Shown here piece after piece: positions 9,936 to 18,831 of a stretch of DNA of 43,876 nucleotides. Both the position numbers and the translations under genes were made by a program. How positions within the stretch are numbered: position 1 is the stretch's first letter; each line of letters begins with the position of its first letter. The stretch is from positions 1 to 43,876 of IMG/VR virus record IMGVR_UViG_3300037780_000078, one strand, 5' to 3'. The notes under the pieces are model-generated. The model saw only the letters and a program-made list of their open reading frames with translations, ran no database searches and was not told the origin of the DNA. The stretch is from a virus (lineage: Duplodnaviria > Caudoviricetes).

Positions 9936-11312
9936 TTAGGACGTACCGAACTTCAGCAGCTTGAAGGCCTCGAAGTTCTGGACACCACCACCCACACGCT
10001 TGGTCGTGTAGAACAGGATGTAGGGCTTGGAGGTGAACGGGTCACGGAGGACCTCGATGCCACGGCGATCGACGATCAGGTAGCCCCGGCGGAAGTCACC
10101 GAACGCTACCGAGAAGGAGTTGGCAGCCAGATCCGGCATCTCCTCGTCGTCGATGATGCTGTAGCCGAGCAGGGAGGCAGGCTGACCAGCCTGGGCATTG
10201 GGCTGCCACAGGTAGTTGTCCTGGCCATCCTTGAACTTGCGGCACACAGCCTGCGTGGCGCGGTTCATCATGAATCGACCGTTGGCCCGGTAGGACGCCT
10301 TGGGGGCATAGACCAGGTCGATCAGCTTGTCGGCCGGGTTGTCGGCGTCGAAGCCACCCGAGGTGCCCGTGGCGATGTAGCCGATGCTGCCATCGGTCCA
10401 GGAGCCATTGGCCACCTTGGTGTAGCCACCCTCGAGGAAGCCACGCGGCTCGTAGGCACCCAGGCCCTTGACGAAGGCACGGCCCTCCTTCTCTGCGAAG
10501 GTCTCGCGGACCTCGTCGGCCAGCCACTGCTCGATGTTGACGTTGGCGTCCTCGAGCAGCGTGCGGGTCGCAGCCGGCATGGCGTAGATCTCGTGAACCG
10601 GGAACTCCAGGACACCCAGATCCGGGGTGTCGGTCTCGGTCCGGCTCTCGGTCTCACCGACCCAGCCAGCCGCTGCCGTGCCAGTCTGGTAGGGCTTCTT
10701 GTAGCCCGAGCCAGAGATGGTGATCACCGACGCATTCTGGCGGAAGCCGGAGATCTCGCGGATGTTCTTGGCGATGGCGTTGTCGACCTCGACAGGGGCC
10801 AGGCGACCACCGTCCGGATCAGAGCCGACCGAGAGAGCCTTCATGGCGATCTCGTCGAAGTTGTCGGGGTCGACACCCTTGCGCATGTACTGGCGGAAGA
10901 CGTCGCGATGCTTGACCTCGTCGTCGGTCATGGCCCGCTTCTCGCCATCGACGACGAGCATGGGGCGCGCGTCACGGAGCTGGGACTCCTTGGCCAGGGC
11001 CTTGGCTTCGGAGATCAGCTTGTCGAGCTCAGCCTGCTTCTTGTCGATCTCGGCATTGTTGCGGTCCGTGCGCTCCTCGTCCAGGACGTCAGCGCGCTTC
11101 TTCTCAATGGCCTTGAGACGGGCATCGTTCGAGGACTTGAACTCCTCGAAGGTCTTCATCAGACCGGCCAGTGCCGTCTTGACCTCAGTGGTGGCCAGGT
11201 TCGGCTGGGGATCGTCACCAGTGTTGGTGTCTTCCTTGACCTCGAGTCCCTGGGATGTTGCAGCTGCCATCATGGCGAGGGCAGATGCGGAAAGGTGGTT
11301 GCGAGTACGCAT
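9936..11312 (-). CDS. Major capsid protein, HK97 fold (GTA-like)
   Basis: KALSVGSDPDGGRLAP, WVGET..R.ET, FGDFRRGYLIVDR, RDPFTSKPYILFYTTKRVGGGV; coiled-coil delta domain. Confidence 0.97.
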   Translation of the reverse strand: MRTRNHLSASALAMMAAATSQGLEVKEDTNTGDDPQPNLATTEVKTALAGLMKTFEEFKSSNDARLKAIEKKRADVLDEERTDRNNAEIDKKQAELDKLISEAKALAKESQLRDARPMLVVDGEKRAMTDDEVKHRDVFRQYMRKGVDPDNFDEIAMKALSVGSDPDGGRLAPVEVDNAIAKNIREISGFRQNASVITISGSGYKKPYQTGTAAAGWVGETESRTETDTPDLGVLEFPVHEIYAMPAATRTLLEDANVNIEQWLADEVRETFAEKEGRAFVKGLGAYEPRGFLEGGYTKVANGSWTDGSIGYIATGTSGGFDADNPADKLIDLVYAPKASYRANGRFMMNRATQAVCRKFKDGQDNYLWQPNAQAGQPASLLGYSIIDDEEMPDLAANSFSVAFGDFRRGYLIVDRRGIEVLRDPFTSKPYILFYTTKRVGGGVQNFEAFKLLKFGTS

Positions 11313-11316
11313 TTCA

Positions 11317-12006
11317 TCAGCTCCTGATGGTTCTCTCCAGCGACCGAATCATGTCGGCCAGCTCACGATCAGAGCCGTGAACCTCTCGTCCACCAGACCC
11401 TGCTGCAGCGATGCTCTGCCAGACATTGGCCAGCTTCTTCGCCTCGGAGGAGGATGCACCGGCCTCCCGCAGGGCCTCCTCCCTCTGACGAACCGTCCAG
11501 TCCTTCGCCGATGTGGCGCGGGCCTTGGGGTTCATCGGAATAGTCACCACACTCACCTCCCAGAGCTCAACCTCCTTGAGGGTGCGGACCTCCGTCTTGC
11601 TGTCGTACACTGCCTTGATGGTCCGGTACCCGATGGAGAAACCGGCCGAGCCGCGACGACCAGCTCGGAGGAGTCTCCGAGCTTTGAGTGCGTGGGGGTC
11701 AGGGTGGGCTCCGTCAACCCACAGTCGACCCGTGATCTTGAGCCCGGTGTCGTCCTCTGCCAGCTCCTCAATGTCCCCGATGGGGTTCCGAGAGTCATGG
11801 CCAAAGAACAGTTCCGGGAATGTCTTGTCCCTGCGGTGCTGAGCAAGACTCTTCCTGAACGCTCCAGGAGCAATGATGTCATTGCCACGGTCAATGTTCC
11901 CATGCACCGAGGCGTAGCCCTCAAACTGGCCATCCTCGCTGAGCTCCTTCATCTCGAAGGAGGGATACAAGTACTTGCATCCGGGAGCGTCTTTAACATT
12001 CAGCAT
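11317..12006 (-). CDS. HK97-family prohead protease
   Basis: FEGYASV..NID...D.I.PGAF, GHD, FSIGY, ELWEVSVVTIPMNP. Confidence 0.95.
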   Translation of the reverse strand: MLNVKDAPGCKYLYPSFEMKELSEDGQFEGYASVHGNIDRGNDIIAPGAFRKSLAQHRRDKTFPELFFGHDSRNPIGDIEELAEDDTGLKITGRLWVDGAHPDPHALKARRLLRAGRRGSAGFSIGYRTIKAVYDSKTEVRTLKEVELWEVSVVTIPMNPKARATSAKDWTVRQREEALREAGASSSEAKKLANVWQSIAAAGSGGREVHGSDRELADMIRSLERTIRS

Positions 12007-12012
12007 GGTCTC

Positions 12013-12042
12013 TACTTACCCCGCGAGAGTAACTCTGGTAAA
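12013..12042 (-). promoter_or_regulatory. Putative late promoter TTTACC-N18-TAAGTA; probably a leaderless protease mRNA
   Basis: Same boxes and spacing as the element upstream of terS; ATG lies 6 nt after the -10-like box with no SD. Confidence 0.5.
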
Positions 12043-12046
12043 GGAC

Positions 12047-12358
12047 TCAGTTCCCACCCAGTCTGTGTTTCAGTAGTTCCCACCCAGCCATCAGAAACGC
12101 CCCGGTGGCGATGCTGACGATCGTCAGGAGAGCTCTCCCCCCGACCTGCTCTGACATCTTCCGGTTGCGACGCGACCAGACCAGGTCAGCTCTGAACTCA
12201 TTGACCTGCTGCTGGTCGTTCAGATCCACTCCCAGGTGGCGGAACGTCTCGTGCACAGCACTCTGTGCAGACATCCGTGCAACCTGCTGCAGCTCCAGCT
12301 CGGGCAGCGAGACTGGTGTCTGCTGAGGATAGGGTGGCGGGCTACTCGTGTCAGTCAT
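12047..12358 (-). CDS. Hypothetical membrane protein (C-terminal TM helix)
   Basis: 103 aa; ALLTIVSIATGAFLMAGW segment; ATGA-coupled to the upstream gene. Confidence 0.65.
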   Translation of the reverse strand: MTDTSSPPPYPQQTPVSLPELELQQVARMSAQSAVHETFRHLGVDLNDQQQVNEFRADLVWSRRNRKMSEQVGGRALLTIVSIATGAFLMAGWELLKHRLGGN

Positions 12359-13086
12359 CGTGCGCTTCCTCCTGTTGCGGGAACGTAGGCCACTACACAG
12401 CGGCAGTTGATAACCTCGCTGGCCGCACCAGCTGGGTCACCTGGGTACATGAGACCATTGGGGAATGGCTCGTCGAGAGGGATCGGGGGGAGGGTGTCCA
12501 TCGCTGCGTGGTTCGATCGTGTTCGGGCGTCCTCGGCCGAGATCCAGTCCTTCATCAGTGGCACATCCAGGGCGCGGGCTGCCTCTGATGCTCCGACCTG
12601 GCTGGCAGTGTGGGTCTCCGTCCGGGCGATGCGGTCGATCTGCCAGCGGGTCAGCTGGAGCTCGGAGCGCAGGACGCGCACCACCTCGCGTCGGCCCAGG
12701 CCCTGGCGCTCAGCCTCCAGGAGCGCTGTCATCACTGTCTCGCGCTGTGTCATGGTGATGGTCACCGCTCGAGATGCCGAGTGAGCCAGTATCCAGCGGC
12801 GAACTGCCTCGATGAAGAAGTCCTGGGTGTCCTTGCGCGGGGCATACTGGCGCAGCACGCGGACACCGAACAGGGTGGCTGTGGCCTCACTAGTCTGGCG
12901 CAGGGCCAGCTCCATGCGTCTCTGGAACACCGCGAACACTGTCGTCATGTCAGACGACCCAGCTAGGTAGGTGTCGGACACATCTCGCTCGAGCGCGTGG
13001 CGGATGCGCCGCACACGAGTGAGCGTCCGACGCTCCCGCTGCACCAACATGCGGTTGAGCGCTCTCAGCTCACTCCTGCGACTCAT
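12355..13086 (-). CDS. Head morphogenesis protein (Mu gpF / SPP1 gp7 family)
   Basis: RIARTETH, KDWISAEDARTRSNH, LMYPGDP...EVINCRC; start placed at MSRRSELR, overlapping the portal end. Confidence 0.9.
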   Translation of the reverse strand: MSRRSELRALNRMLVQRERRTLTRVRRIRHALERDVSDTYLAGSSDMTTVFAVFQRRMELALRQTSEATATLFGVRVLRQYAPRKDTQDFFIEAVRRWILAHSASRAVTITMTQRETVMTALLEAERQGLGRREVVRVLRSELQLTRWQIDRIARTETHTASQVGASEAARALDVPLMKDWISAEDARTRSNHAAMDTLPPIPLDEPFPNGLMYPGDPAGAASEVINCRCVVAYVPATGGSAR

Positions 13087-14368
13087 CGTCCTCCTCCTGT
13101 GGCTCTTCGTCCGCAGGAGCGGGTCCACCCGGCTCGAAGCCCAGATCCTCCAGGGGAACCTGCGTGGAGGAGACGAGTACCACGTCCCCACCATCAACAT
13201 CCTCGTAGCCCAGCTCGCGACGACGCTCGTTGATCGTGAGATCAGTGGCACCCTGGACTCGATCCCACACCTGCTCGCGCTCGAGCGACAGCGCTGGGAT
13301 CTGGTCGTAGTCCGCCTCGATCCGGAAGCGATCACCGTACGATGGCTGGAGGAACGCAGATAGGTCCATGGCCACGCGGCGGAACAGCGGCAGCACAGTC
13401 TGTCGGTACAGGGCCAGATTGGCCTCGCGATAGTTGGAGTATGTGTTGTCTCCGGGGATACCCAGGATCATGGGCGGAACGCCGAAGGCCAGCGCGATCT
13501 CGCGGGCTGACTCTCGGCGACTCTCCATCAGGTCAGCGTCCCTGGGTGAGTAGGTGTACGGAACCCACTGCAGACCCCCGTCCAGGAGCATGGGTCGACC
13601 AGCGTTGTCCGGACCAGAGTACTGCTCCTCCATCTCCTTCTTGAGGCGGTCGAACTGCACATCCGTGAGGGTGCGGCCCTCCTTGGTCGGGTCGGTGTAG
13701 GTCAGTGCCCCCTCTGGACGACACCGGTTCTGCAGGAACTGCTTCCCAAAGCGAGACGCCTCGTTGTGGGTGTCGATGCTGTAGGCTGCTGCCTCAGTCC
13801 GCGACAGACCATAGGTGTCGTTGGTGGGGTGGAACAGGCGCGAGTGGAGAATCGGTGCCTGCTCGGTCGGCAGCACCGGCATGTCGAACGTCTGCGTCTG
13901 ACCCGCAGCCTCGTACACGAAGGCAGCCGGATAGCCCCTGGGGCTCAGGCGAACCTTCATGCGGTCGGGGCGCAGGCAGAAGAGCTCGGCCGGACCCCTG
14001 GAGCTGGGGAGTGACACCTCCTCCATGTAGGCGTTGCCGGCCAGCTGCAAATACGAGAAGTACTCGGACATGAGCTCGAAACCCGACTGGTAGCGATTGG
14101 GTCGCGACATCAGATCCAGGAACGGGTGGGTCGTCATCGGCTCGTCCGAGCCTGAGTCGAACACGGACAGAGGGATGGATGCAGCAGCCTCAGACACCAG
14201 AGTGACGCACCTGTGGGCTATCACGTTCTGGACGTAGGCCTCCTCAGCCAGCTTGTCGTACTTCCTCGGAGTCCAGACCACGTTGCCCATGGTCAGGTTG
14301 TAGAGCAGCCGACCGACTGCTGAGTCCTTGCGCTCAGTGGCCCCGAACAGTCGTCTCAGTCCGAACAT
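13070..14368 (-). CDS. Portal protein, HK97 family
   Basis: NVIAHRCV, LAGNAY, LRPDRM, YGLS, IALAFGVPP.ILGIPGDNTYSNYREAN, LTINERR. Confidence 0.96.
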   Translation of the reverse strand: MFGLRRLFGATERKDSAVGRLLYNLTMGNVVWTPRKYDKLAEEAYVQNVIAHRCVTLVSEAAASIPLSVFDSGSDEPMTTHPFLDLMSRPNRYQSGFELMSEYFSYLQLAGNAYMEEVSLPSSRGPAELFCLRPDRMKVRLSPRGYPAAFVYEAAGQTQTFDMPVLPTEQAPILHSRLFHPTNDTYGLSRTEAAAYSIDTHNEASRFGKQFLQNRCRPEGALTYTDPTKEGRTLTDVQFDRLKKEMEEQYSGPDNAGRPMLLDGGLQWVPYTYSPRDADLMESRRESAREIALAFGVPPMILGIPGDNTYSNYREANLALYRQTVLPLFRRVAMDLSAFLQPSYGDRFRIEADYDQIPALSLEREQVWDRVQGATDLTINERRRELGYEDVDGGDVVLVSSTQVPLEDLGFEPGGPAPADEEPQEEDDESQE

Positions 14369-15706
14369 CTACAGTCTCCTGATTCGCGGCATAGCAGCCA
14401 CGATGCTTGGCATCAGCGAGGTCAGTGCCCAGACGAGTGCGTCAACTCTGTCCGGGCTGTACCCCATGGCCTTCTTGTCGAAGTCCGAGGTGAACTCACA
14501 CATCTGGTCCTCGAGGGTGGAGAAGGTTCCGACATGGCTGATGCGCTTCTGCTGGTACAGGGACGAGATGGGCTCAGCCCTTACTACCTTACCACGGGTC
14601 GCATGCACAAGCGAGACCGGGGCTGTGCCGCGCTTGTGGAGGATGGTCGACCGAACCATCTCGCCACCCTGGTTGGCCTCAGCTACAATGGCGTCTGCGT
14701 TCCACCTGTCGAACGCCTCCACCACACGAGCTGCCCACTCGTCAGGTGTGTCCCCCTGCGACGAGCAGTCCTCGAGGACCAGGGCTCTCTCGCCACCCGA
14801 CAGGCGTCCTGCCACGACGATGCCACACTCGTCAGCATCCTCACCCGTGGACACAGGCGGATCCACTGCCACGACGATGCGCTCGAGGTCAGGCAGCGGG
14901 GGTCTCTTGCCGTCGGGCAGTGGGCGGATGCGCTGCTCCTCGATCCAGTCGCGCTTCCAGAGAGCGAACGGGTTGTCGTCGAGGATCTCCGCCATCAGCT
15001 CCTGCCGACCAAGACGCGTGTCCTGGTACTTGCGACGAAGCCGGGCCAGGAACTTCTCCGGCAGGTGAGCACTGTTCTCGAACGTGGACGCACGAGAGAG
15101 CATCGTGGTCTCGTCGCGCACCAACTCCTTGATCGTCTTCAGCGGGCGCGGTGTGGTGGTGGCGATGACCCTGGGGTTGTCCCCAAGGCGCATGCCCATC
15201 CACATCATGTCCCAGGTCTCCTCCAGGTAGCGCCAGGCAGCGAGCTCGTCGCACCAGGCCAGGTGGTGCTGTGGCCCACGGAGGGAGTCCGGCTCCTCAG
15301 CCGAGTACCCCTGCCAGATGGTGATGCCCCCACCGACCGAGCGGGTCGTGAGCTCGAGAGACGAGCGATTCCAGTTGAGGACGAGCTCCTTGGGCATGCA
15401 GGCAATGACACCAGACTCACCCTCAAAGCAGGTCTTCCGGGCATCCTTGAACGTGGGGGCAATAACCGCGATGCGGAGAGGCTCGAGATACGCCTCCCAC
15501 CAGCAGTCCTCAGCTCCCACCCTCGTCTTGCCCGCACCCCGGCCAGCCAGGAGGAGCCAGGTCTCCCAGTCAGACCGGACCGGGATCTGGTAGCTGTGCG
15601 CTGTCATGAGCCACTCGGCTCTGCGGTGGAGAGCACGAATGTCGCCGAGATCGAGGTCCTCAGCCTGGGCAGCCAGCTCCATGGCCTGGACAGCCGACAT
15701 GTGCAT
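14369..15706 (-). CDS. terL: Terminase large subunit (GTA-like Terminase_6)
   Basis: Walker A AGRGAGKT, LRGPQ, WCDE, TTTPR, nuclease VAVDPP, SPDRVDALVWA. Confidence 0.96.
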   Translation of the reverse strand: MHMSAVQAMELAAQAEDLDLGDIRALHRRAEWLMTAHSYQIPVRSDWETWLLLAGRGAGKTRVGAEDCWWEAYLEPLRIAVIAPTFKDARKTCFEGESGVIACMPKELVLNWNRSSLELTTRSVGGGITIWQGYSAEEPDSLRGPQHHLAWCDELAAWRYLEETWDMMWMGMRLGDNPRVIATTTPRPLKTIKELVRDETTMLSRASTFENSAHLPEKFLARLRRKYQDTRLGRQELMAEILDDNPFALWKRDWIEEQRIRPLPDGKRPPLPDLERIVVAVDPPVSTGEDADECGIVVAGRLSGGERALVLEDCSSQGDTPDEWAARVVEAFDRWNADAIVAEANQGGEMVRSTILHKRGTAPVSLVHATRGKVVRAEPISSLYQQKRISHVGTFSTLEDQMCEFTSDFDKKAMGYSPDRVDALVWALTSLMPSIVAAMPRIRRL

Positions 15707-16125
15707 CAGGAGCCAGCCTTGTTCTGGGCCAGTCGACCCAGAGCCTCCACCATCTCGGAGATCGCCTGACGCTTCTCGGCCTCCTGGGTCTCGTCACGCT
15801 TGATCTCGATCGCCTTGAGCTTAGGTCTCAGGTACTGGGCCACATCGGTGTGGCACTTGATCCGGAGGAGCGGGGGGTTGGAGTGGTCAACAGCTGCCAG
15901 CGCCAGGCAGACGACAGGGTCATACTCCTCGTACTCGGGCTGAAGCTCGTCGAGGCGCATCTCGAGCTCGTCCGATGGTATGTCCGGGTTGTCCCTGAGC
16001 AGCTCCGCCTGGATGCGTGCCCGCCTCATCGCTGTGAACTCGTGCGTGGCCTCCTGGACCATCGCCCGCAGCTCCACCGTCCGCTTGTTCGGGATCCCCC
16101 GACGACTACCGCCTGGTCCAGCCAT
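15706..16125 (-). CDS. terS: Terminase small subunit
   Basis: GGSRRGIPNK N-terminus and YLRPKLKAIE C-terminus; upstream of terL; GGAGG SD before ATG 16125 (alternative start 16176). Confidence 0.7.
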   Translation of the reverse strand: MAGPGGSRRGIPNKRTVELRAMVQEATHEFTAMRRARIQAELLRDNPDIPSDELEMRLDELQPEYEEYDPVVCLALAAVDHSNPPLLRIKCHTDVAQYLRPKLKAIEIKRDETQEAEKRQAISEMVEALGRLAQNKAGS

Positions 16126-16185
16126 CTGATCAGTTCCTCCTGCACACCCAGCAGACTCATCCACGAGCCCAACCATGGTATTGTT

Positions 16186-16215
16186 TACTTACGCCGCCAC
16201 CCTCCTCTGCGTAAA
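16186..16215 (-). promoter_or_regulatory. Putative late promoter TTTACG-N18-TAAGTA
   Basis: Matches the 12013-12042 element; heads the packaging operon. Confidence 0.5.
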
Positions 16216-16241
16216 GCGAGCACAGTATTTCGAGAGTCGAA

Positions 16242-16410
16242 CACCCCCGCACCCTCCCGAACAATACCTGGCCAATACCTCAAACAATACCGCTCGGGCC
16301 GAGCTGTACTCGGCTACACATCAGATGGTATTGGAAGTATTGGAAGTATTGGCGTTAAATTCGAAAAATATTTTACGCTTTCGCGCGCGTACGCGAGGTA
16401 AACAATACCT
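16242..16410. repeat. Iteron/palindrome element, copy A (origin-like)
   Basis: CACCCCCGCACCCTC; 3x CAATAC (16262, 16273, 16285); palindrome GCCGAG-N5-CTCGGC (16298-16314); 3x GTATTG (16328, 16337, 16346); AT-rich spacer; GCTTTCGCGCGCGTACGCGAGG; CAATAC (16403). Confidence 0.85.
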
Positions 16411-16434
16411 GTCCACCGCCCCCGCGCACCACAC

Positions 16435-16501
16435 TTTACAACCCCTCGGAACCGGGCTAGACATGTTCCTGCATCATCACTAGCCAAGGAGTAACACGAT
16501 G
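16435..16501 (+). promoter_or_regulatory. Early-type promoter TTTACA-N17-TAGACA with TAGCCAAGGAG leader
   Basis: One of six TTTACA-N17 elements; stem weak here (CATC/GATG). Confidence 0.6.
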
Positions 16502-16978
16502 CTTGAGCACTACCGCACCCACTTCGACGCTCTGGCCGCGGACGAGCAGGCCCTCCTCTCCGCCGCACTGGAGCAGCGCTACCCTGAGGACTTCTCCACG
16601 GACCCCAGCGTGCCACTCTGGGACCGGTGTGAGCTGGCTGGTCTGGACCAGGGAGCCGTGGTCATGTCGATTGCCCGCGAGATCTCGATCCCAGGGATCA
16701 GCGCGATCGAGAAGCTGATCGGCCAGCCCATCACCCGCCGCGCACCCCAGCCCACCCGGACCAAGGGACAGAAGCGCGGCCGAGCCCGCCGCACGATCGA
16801 CAACCGCGTGATCGTGCACGTCACCCCCAATCCCAAGAAGCCCGGCTCCGCCAGCCACGCACGCTATGAGAGCTATGAGGTCGGCATGACCGTCACCCAG
16901 GCTCTGGAAGCCGGGGTCCAGTCTGTCGACATTGCCCACGACGAGGCCAAGGGCTTCATCCGCCTGGAGGTCCGCTGA
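16499..16978 (+). CDS. Hypothetical protein, paralogue family member 1
   Basis: Strong SD; C-terminal NPKKPGSASHARYESY..GMTV...DIAHDEAKGFI shared with 20507 and 30545. Confidence 0.85.
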   Translation: MLEHYRTHFDALAADEQALLSAALEQRYPEDFSTDPSVPLWDRCELAGLDQGAVVMSIAREISIPGISAIEKLIGQPITRRAPQPTRTKGQKRGRARRTIDNRVIVHVTPNPKKPGSASHARYESYEVGMTVTQALEAGVQSVDIAHDEAKGFIRLEVR

Positions 16979-17379
16979 TGTCTCGCTGCAGAACTGATCT
17001 GATCACCACCGCACGCACCACGGCCAGCAGCCGGTGTGAGGTTCGTCTGACCAACATGCCTGGAAGCTGCGGCGTGGTTGCCATGTCTGGGGTCCGCAAG
17101 GACCCCACCACCCACCGCATCCTTGGTCCTGATCTTGGCGTCTGGTACGCCCTGGCCGACAGCATGGGTGTCAGGCTCGCCAGCGGCAGCTGGGGACCCT
17201 CGCACCAGCACAGCGAGAAGCTCTGGGCATGCTTCGACTCAGCCGAGGACGCTCTGTTCGCTGCTGCGTCAGCCCAGGCTCCCCGCCTGGCACGAGCCCA
17301 CAGCCTGCTCGAGGGGTACCTCGCTGCCCGCAGCAGCGACCTGGACGAGGCAATGCGCTGCTCGGAGGAAGACTCATGA
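16978..17379 (+). CDS. Hypothetical protein
   Basis: TGATG-coupled upstream and ATGA-coupled downstream. Confidence 0.6.
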   Translation: MSRCRTDLITTARTTASSRCEVRLTNMPGSCGVVAMSGVRKDPTTHRILGPDLGVWYALADSMGVRLASGSWGPSHQHSEKLWACFDSAEDALFAAASAQAPRLARAHSLLEGYLAARSSDLDEAMRCSEEDS

Positions 17380-18104
17380 CCACCGCGACAGAGCAGCTGA
17401 TCGAGAAGATCCGCAAGCTACGTGCCAAGTCCGAGGATCCGTCCACCACCCAGGCTGAGTCTGAGGCGTTCGCCGCCAAGGTGGCTGATCTGCTGGCGCA
17501 GCACCAGCTGACCATGGCCGACATCGCAGACGACACCCCCGAGTTTGTCGAGGAGGTGTTCGACGACGGGTACGCCAACCCCTGGAGACGCTCCGTGTTC
17601 TTCGCGGCAGCGCGCCTGTACGGCAGCTGCCCAGTGAACACGACCCAGTGGTACACTGACCGTCGTGGTCGGCAGCGTGACCGCCTGGCCTTTCTGGCCG
17701 TGGGTCGGCCCCACACAGTCGCAGTCACCCTCGAGATGACCGACTATCTGTTCCGCACTGTGGTCCGTCTTGCACAGGCGCATGCTCGCGAGAACCCCGA
17801 TCCGTACCAGTCTCGTCGCTCAGTTCAGCTGGCGTTCGAGCGTGGATGCGGGGAGGCTCTGGCTCGGCGTCTGAACGACCTGCGCTGGCGCCAGGAGTCG
17901 GTGTCCGGGTGCAGGGACCCCCATGCCCTGGCCATCCGCAGCGAGCAGAAGCAGGCGGAGGACTACGCATTCGAGCACGTGATCGACGGCAAGATCCAGA
18001 GCGGTGCCAACCGGGGCGGGAGTGCAGCCGGGGCAGCTGCAGCCGAGGGCATCTCCCTCGCTCCCCAGATCCGCACAGGCTCCGGTCCGAGGCTCCTGTC
18101 ATGA
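17376..18104 (+). CDS. DUF2786-domain protein
   Basis: IEKIRKLRAKSE...ESEAFAAKVADLLAQHQL; GGAGG SD. Confidence 0.8.
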   Translation: MTTATEQLIEKIRKLRAKSEDPSTTQAESEAFAAKVADLLAQHQLTMADIADDTPEFVEEVFDDGYANPWRRSVFFAAARLYGSCPVNTTQWYTDRRGRQRDRLAFLAVGRPHTVAVTLEMTDYLFRTVVRLAQAHARENPDPYQSRRSVQLAFERGCGEALARRLNDLRWRQESVSGCRDPHALAIRSEQKQAEDYAFEHVIDGKIQSGANRGGSAAGAAAAEGISLAPQIRTGSGPRLLS

Positions 18105-18439
18105 CCGACCCGGAGCACACTGACCGGTGGCAGCACGTGAGCGTCTCTGACGGCAGCCACCCCGACTACCCCCAGCACGTCCGCCTGGAGCCCGCATTCT
18201 ACGAGGCGTACCAGCGGATCCGAGGCAGTGCCTCGCACAGCAAGACGGCCCAGCGTCTCATTGATCTGGGTCGTAGGCACGGAACCAGCGGATCCGCAGC
18301 GGCCCTCCGGGTCGGGATCCTCGTGGCCACCGATCGCCAGCGCCGCACGGCAGTCCGCCGCATCGGCAACCGCATCGTCGAGCTCCTCCGTGAGGAGCTC
18401 GGCACCAGACCCACCAAGTCCAGGGAGGACTCAGCATGA
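18101..18439 (+). CDS. Hypothetical protein
   Basis: MTDPEHTDRW...; ATGA overlaps at both ends. Confidence 0.65.
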   Translation: MTDPEHTDRWQHVSVSDGSHPDYPQHVRLEPAFYEAYQRIRGSASHSKTAQRLIDLGRRHGTSGSAAALRVGILVATDRQRRTAVRRIGNRIVELLREELGTRPTKSREDSA

Positions 18440-18831
18440 TCTACCAGTTTCTCACCCGAGCCCAGATCCAGGCTCTCGCGACTCATCTGGCCGCTCTCGG
18501 CTGTGGTGAGGCTCAGCCCAACACCCCGCAGCACGGCATCTGTGAGGAGGTCGAGCACTTCGTCCACACCCAGCCTGGCCCACCATCACCCCGCATGACC
18601 ACGGCCCTGATGTGGCACGCTCGCAGCTGGCCCCGCCACTCGGGCACGAGGACATTCCCTGTGCCCGGTCCTGAGGGCTCGGACCCCGCGACCGTGTACC
18701 TCGAGTACCCGGACGGGGAGGACATGTGGGACCCCCTCACCGAGTATGGTCGCCTCCGTCGGGACCTGTGCCGCCACCTGGCCATGGAACTCGTGGGTGT
18801 TCTCGCAGGCGAGGAGGGCCACGATGGCTGA
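18436..18831 (+). CDS. Hypothetical protein
   Basis: GGAGG SD; WPRHSG...FPVP...MWD...YGRLRRDL resembles small phage proteins. Confidence 0.7.
   Translation: MIYQFLTRAQIQALATHLAALGCGEAQPNTPQHGICEEVEHFVHTQPGPPSPRMTTALMWHARSWPRHSGTRTFPVPGPEGSDPATVYLEYPDGEDMWDPLTEYGRLRRDLCRHLAMELVGVLAGEEGHDG

Noticed and set aside
9570-12117. Long plus-strand ORFs (585 and 466 aa)
   Set aside because: Antisense shadows of the capsid and protease genes in GC-rich DNA; no motifs
12355-13335. ORF-track starts at 13335, 8568, 17229, 20405, 28001, 29239, 42682
   Set aside because: They extend deep into upstream genes or promoters; downstream starts with SD or stop-start overlaps were preferred
6664-16125. Chromosomal gene transfer agent or prophage
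   Set aside because: Closed circle with its own replication and lysis genes; no host genes, integrase or att site recognised
16242-16410. Short repeats as a CRISPR array
   Set aside because: Hexamers at 8-12 bp spacing with no repeat-spacer structure and no cas genes
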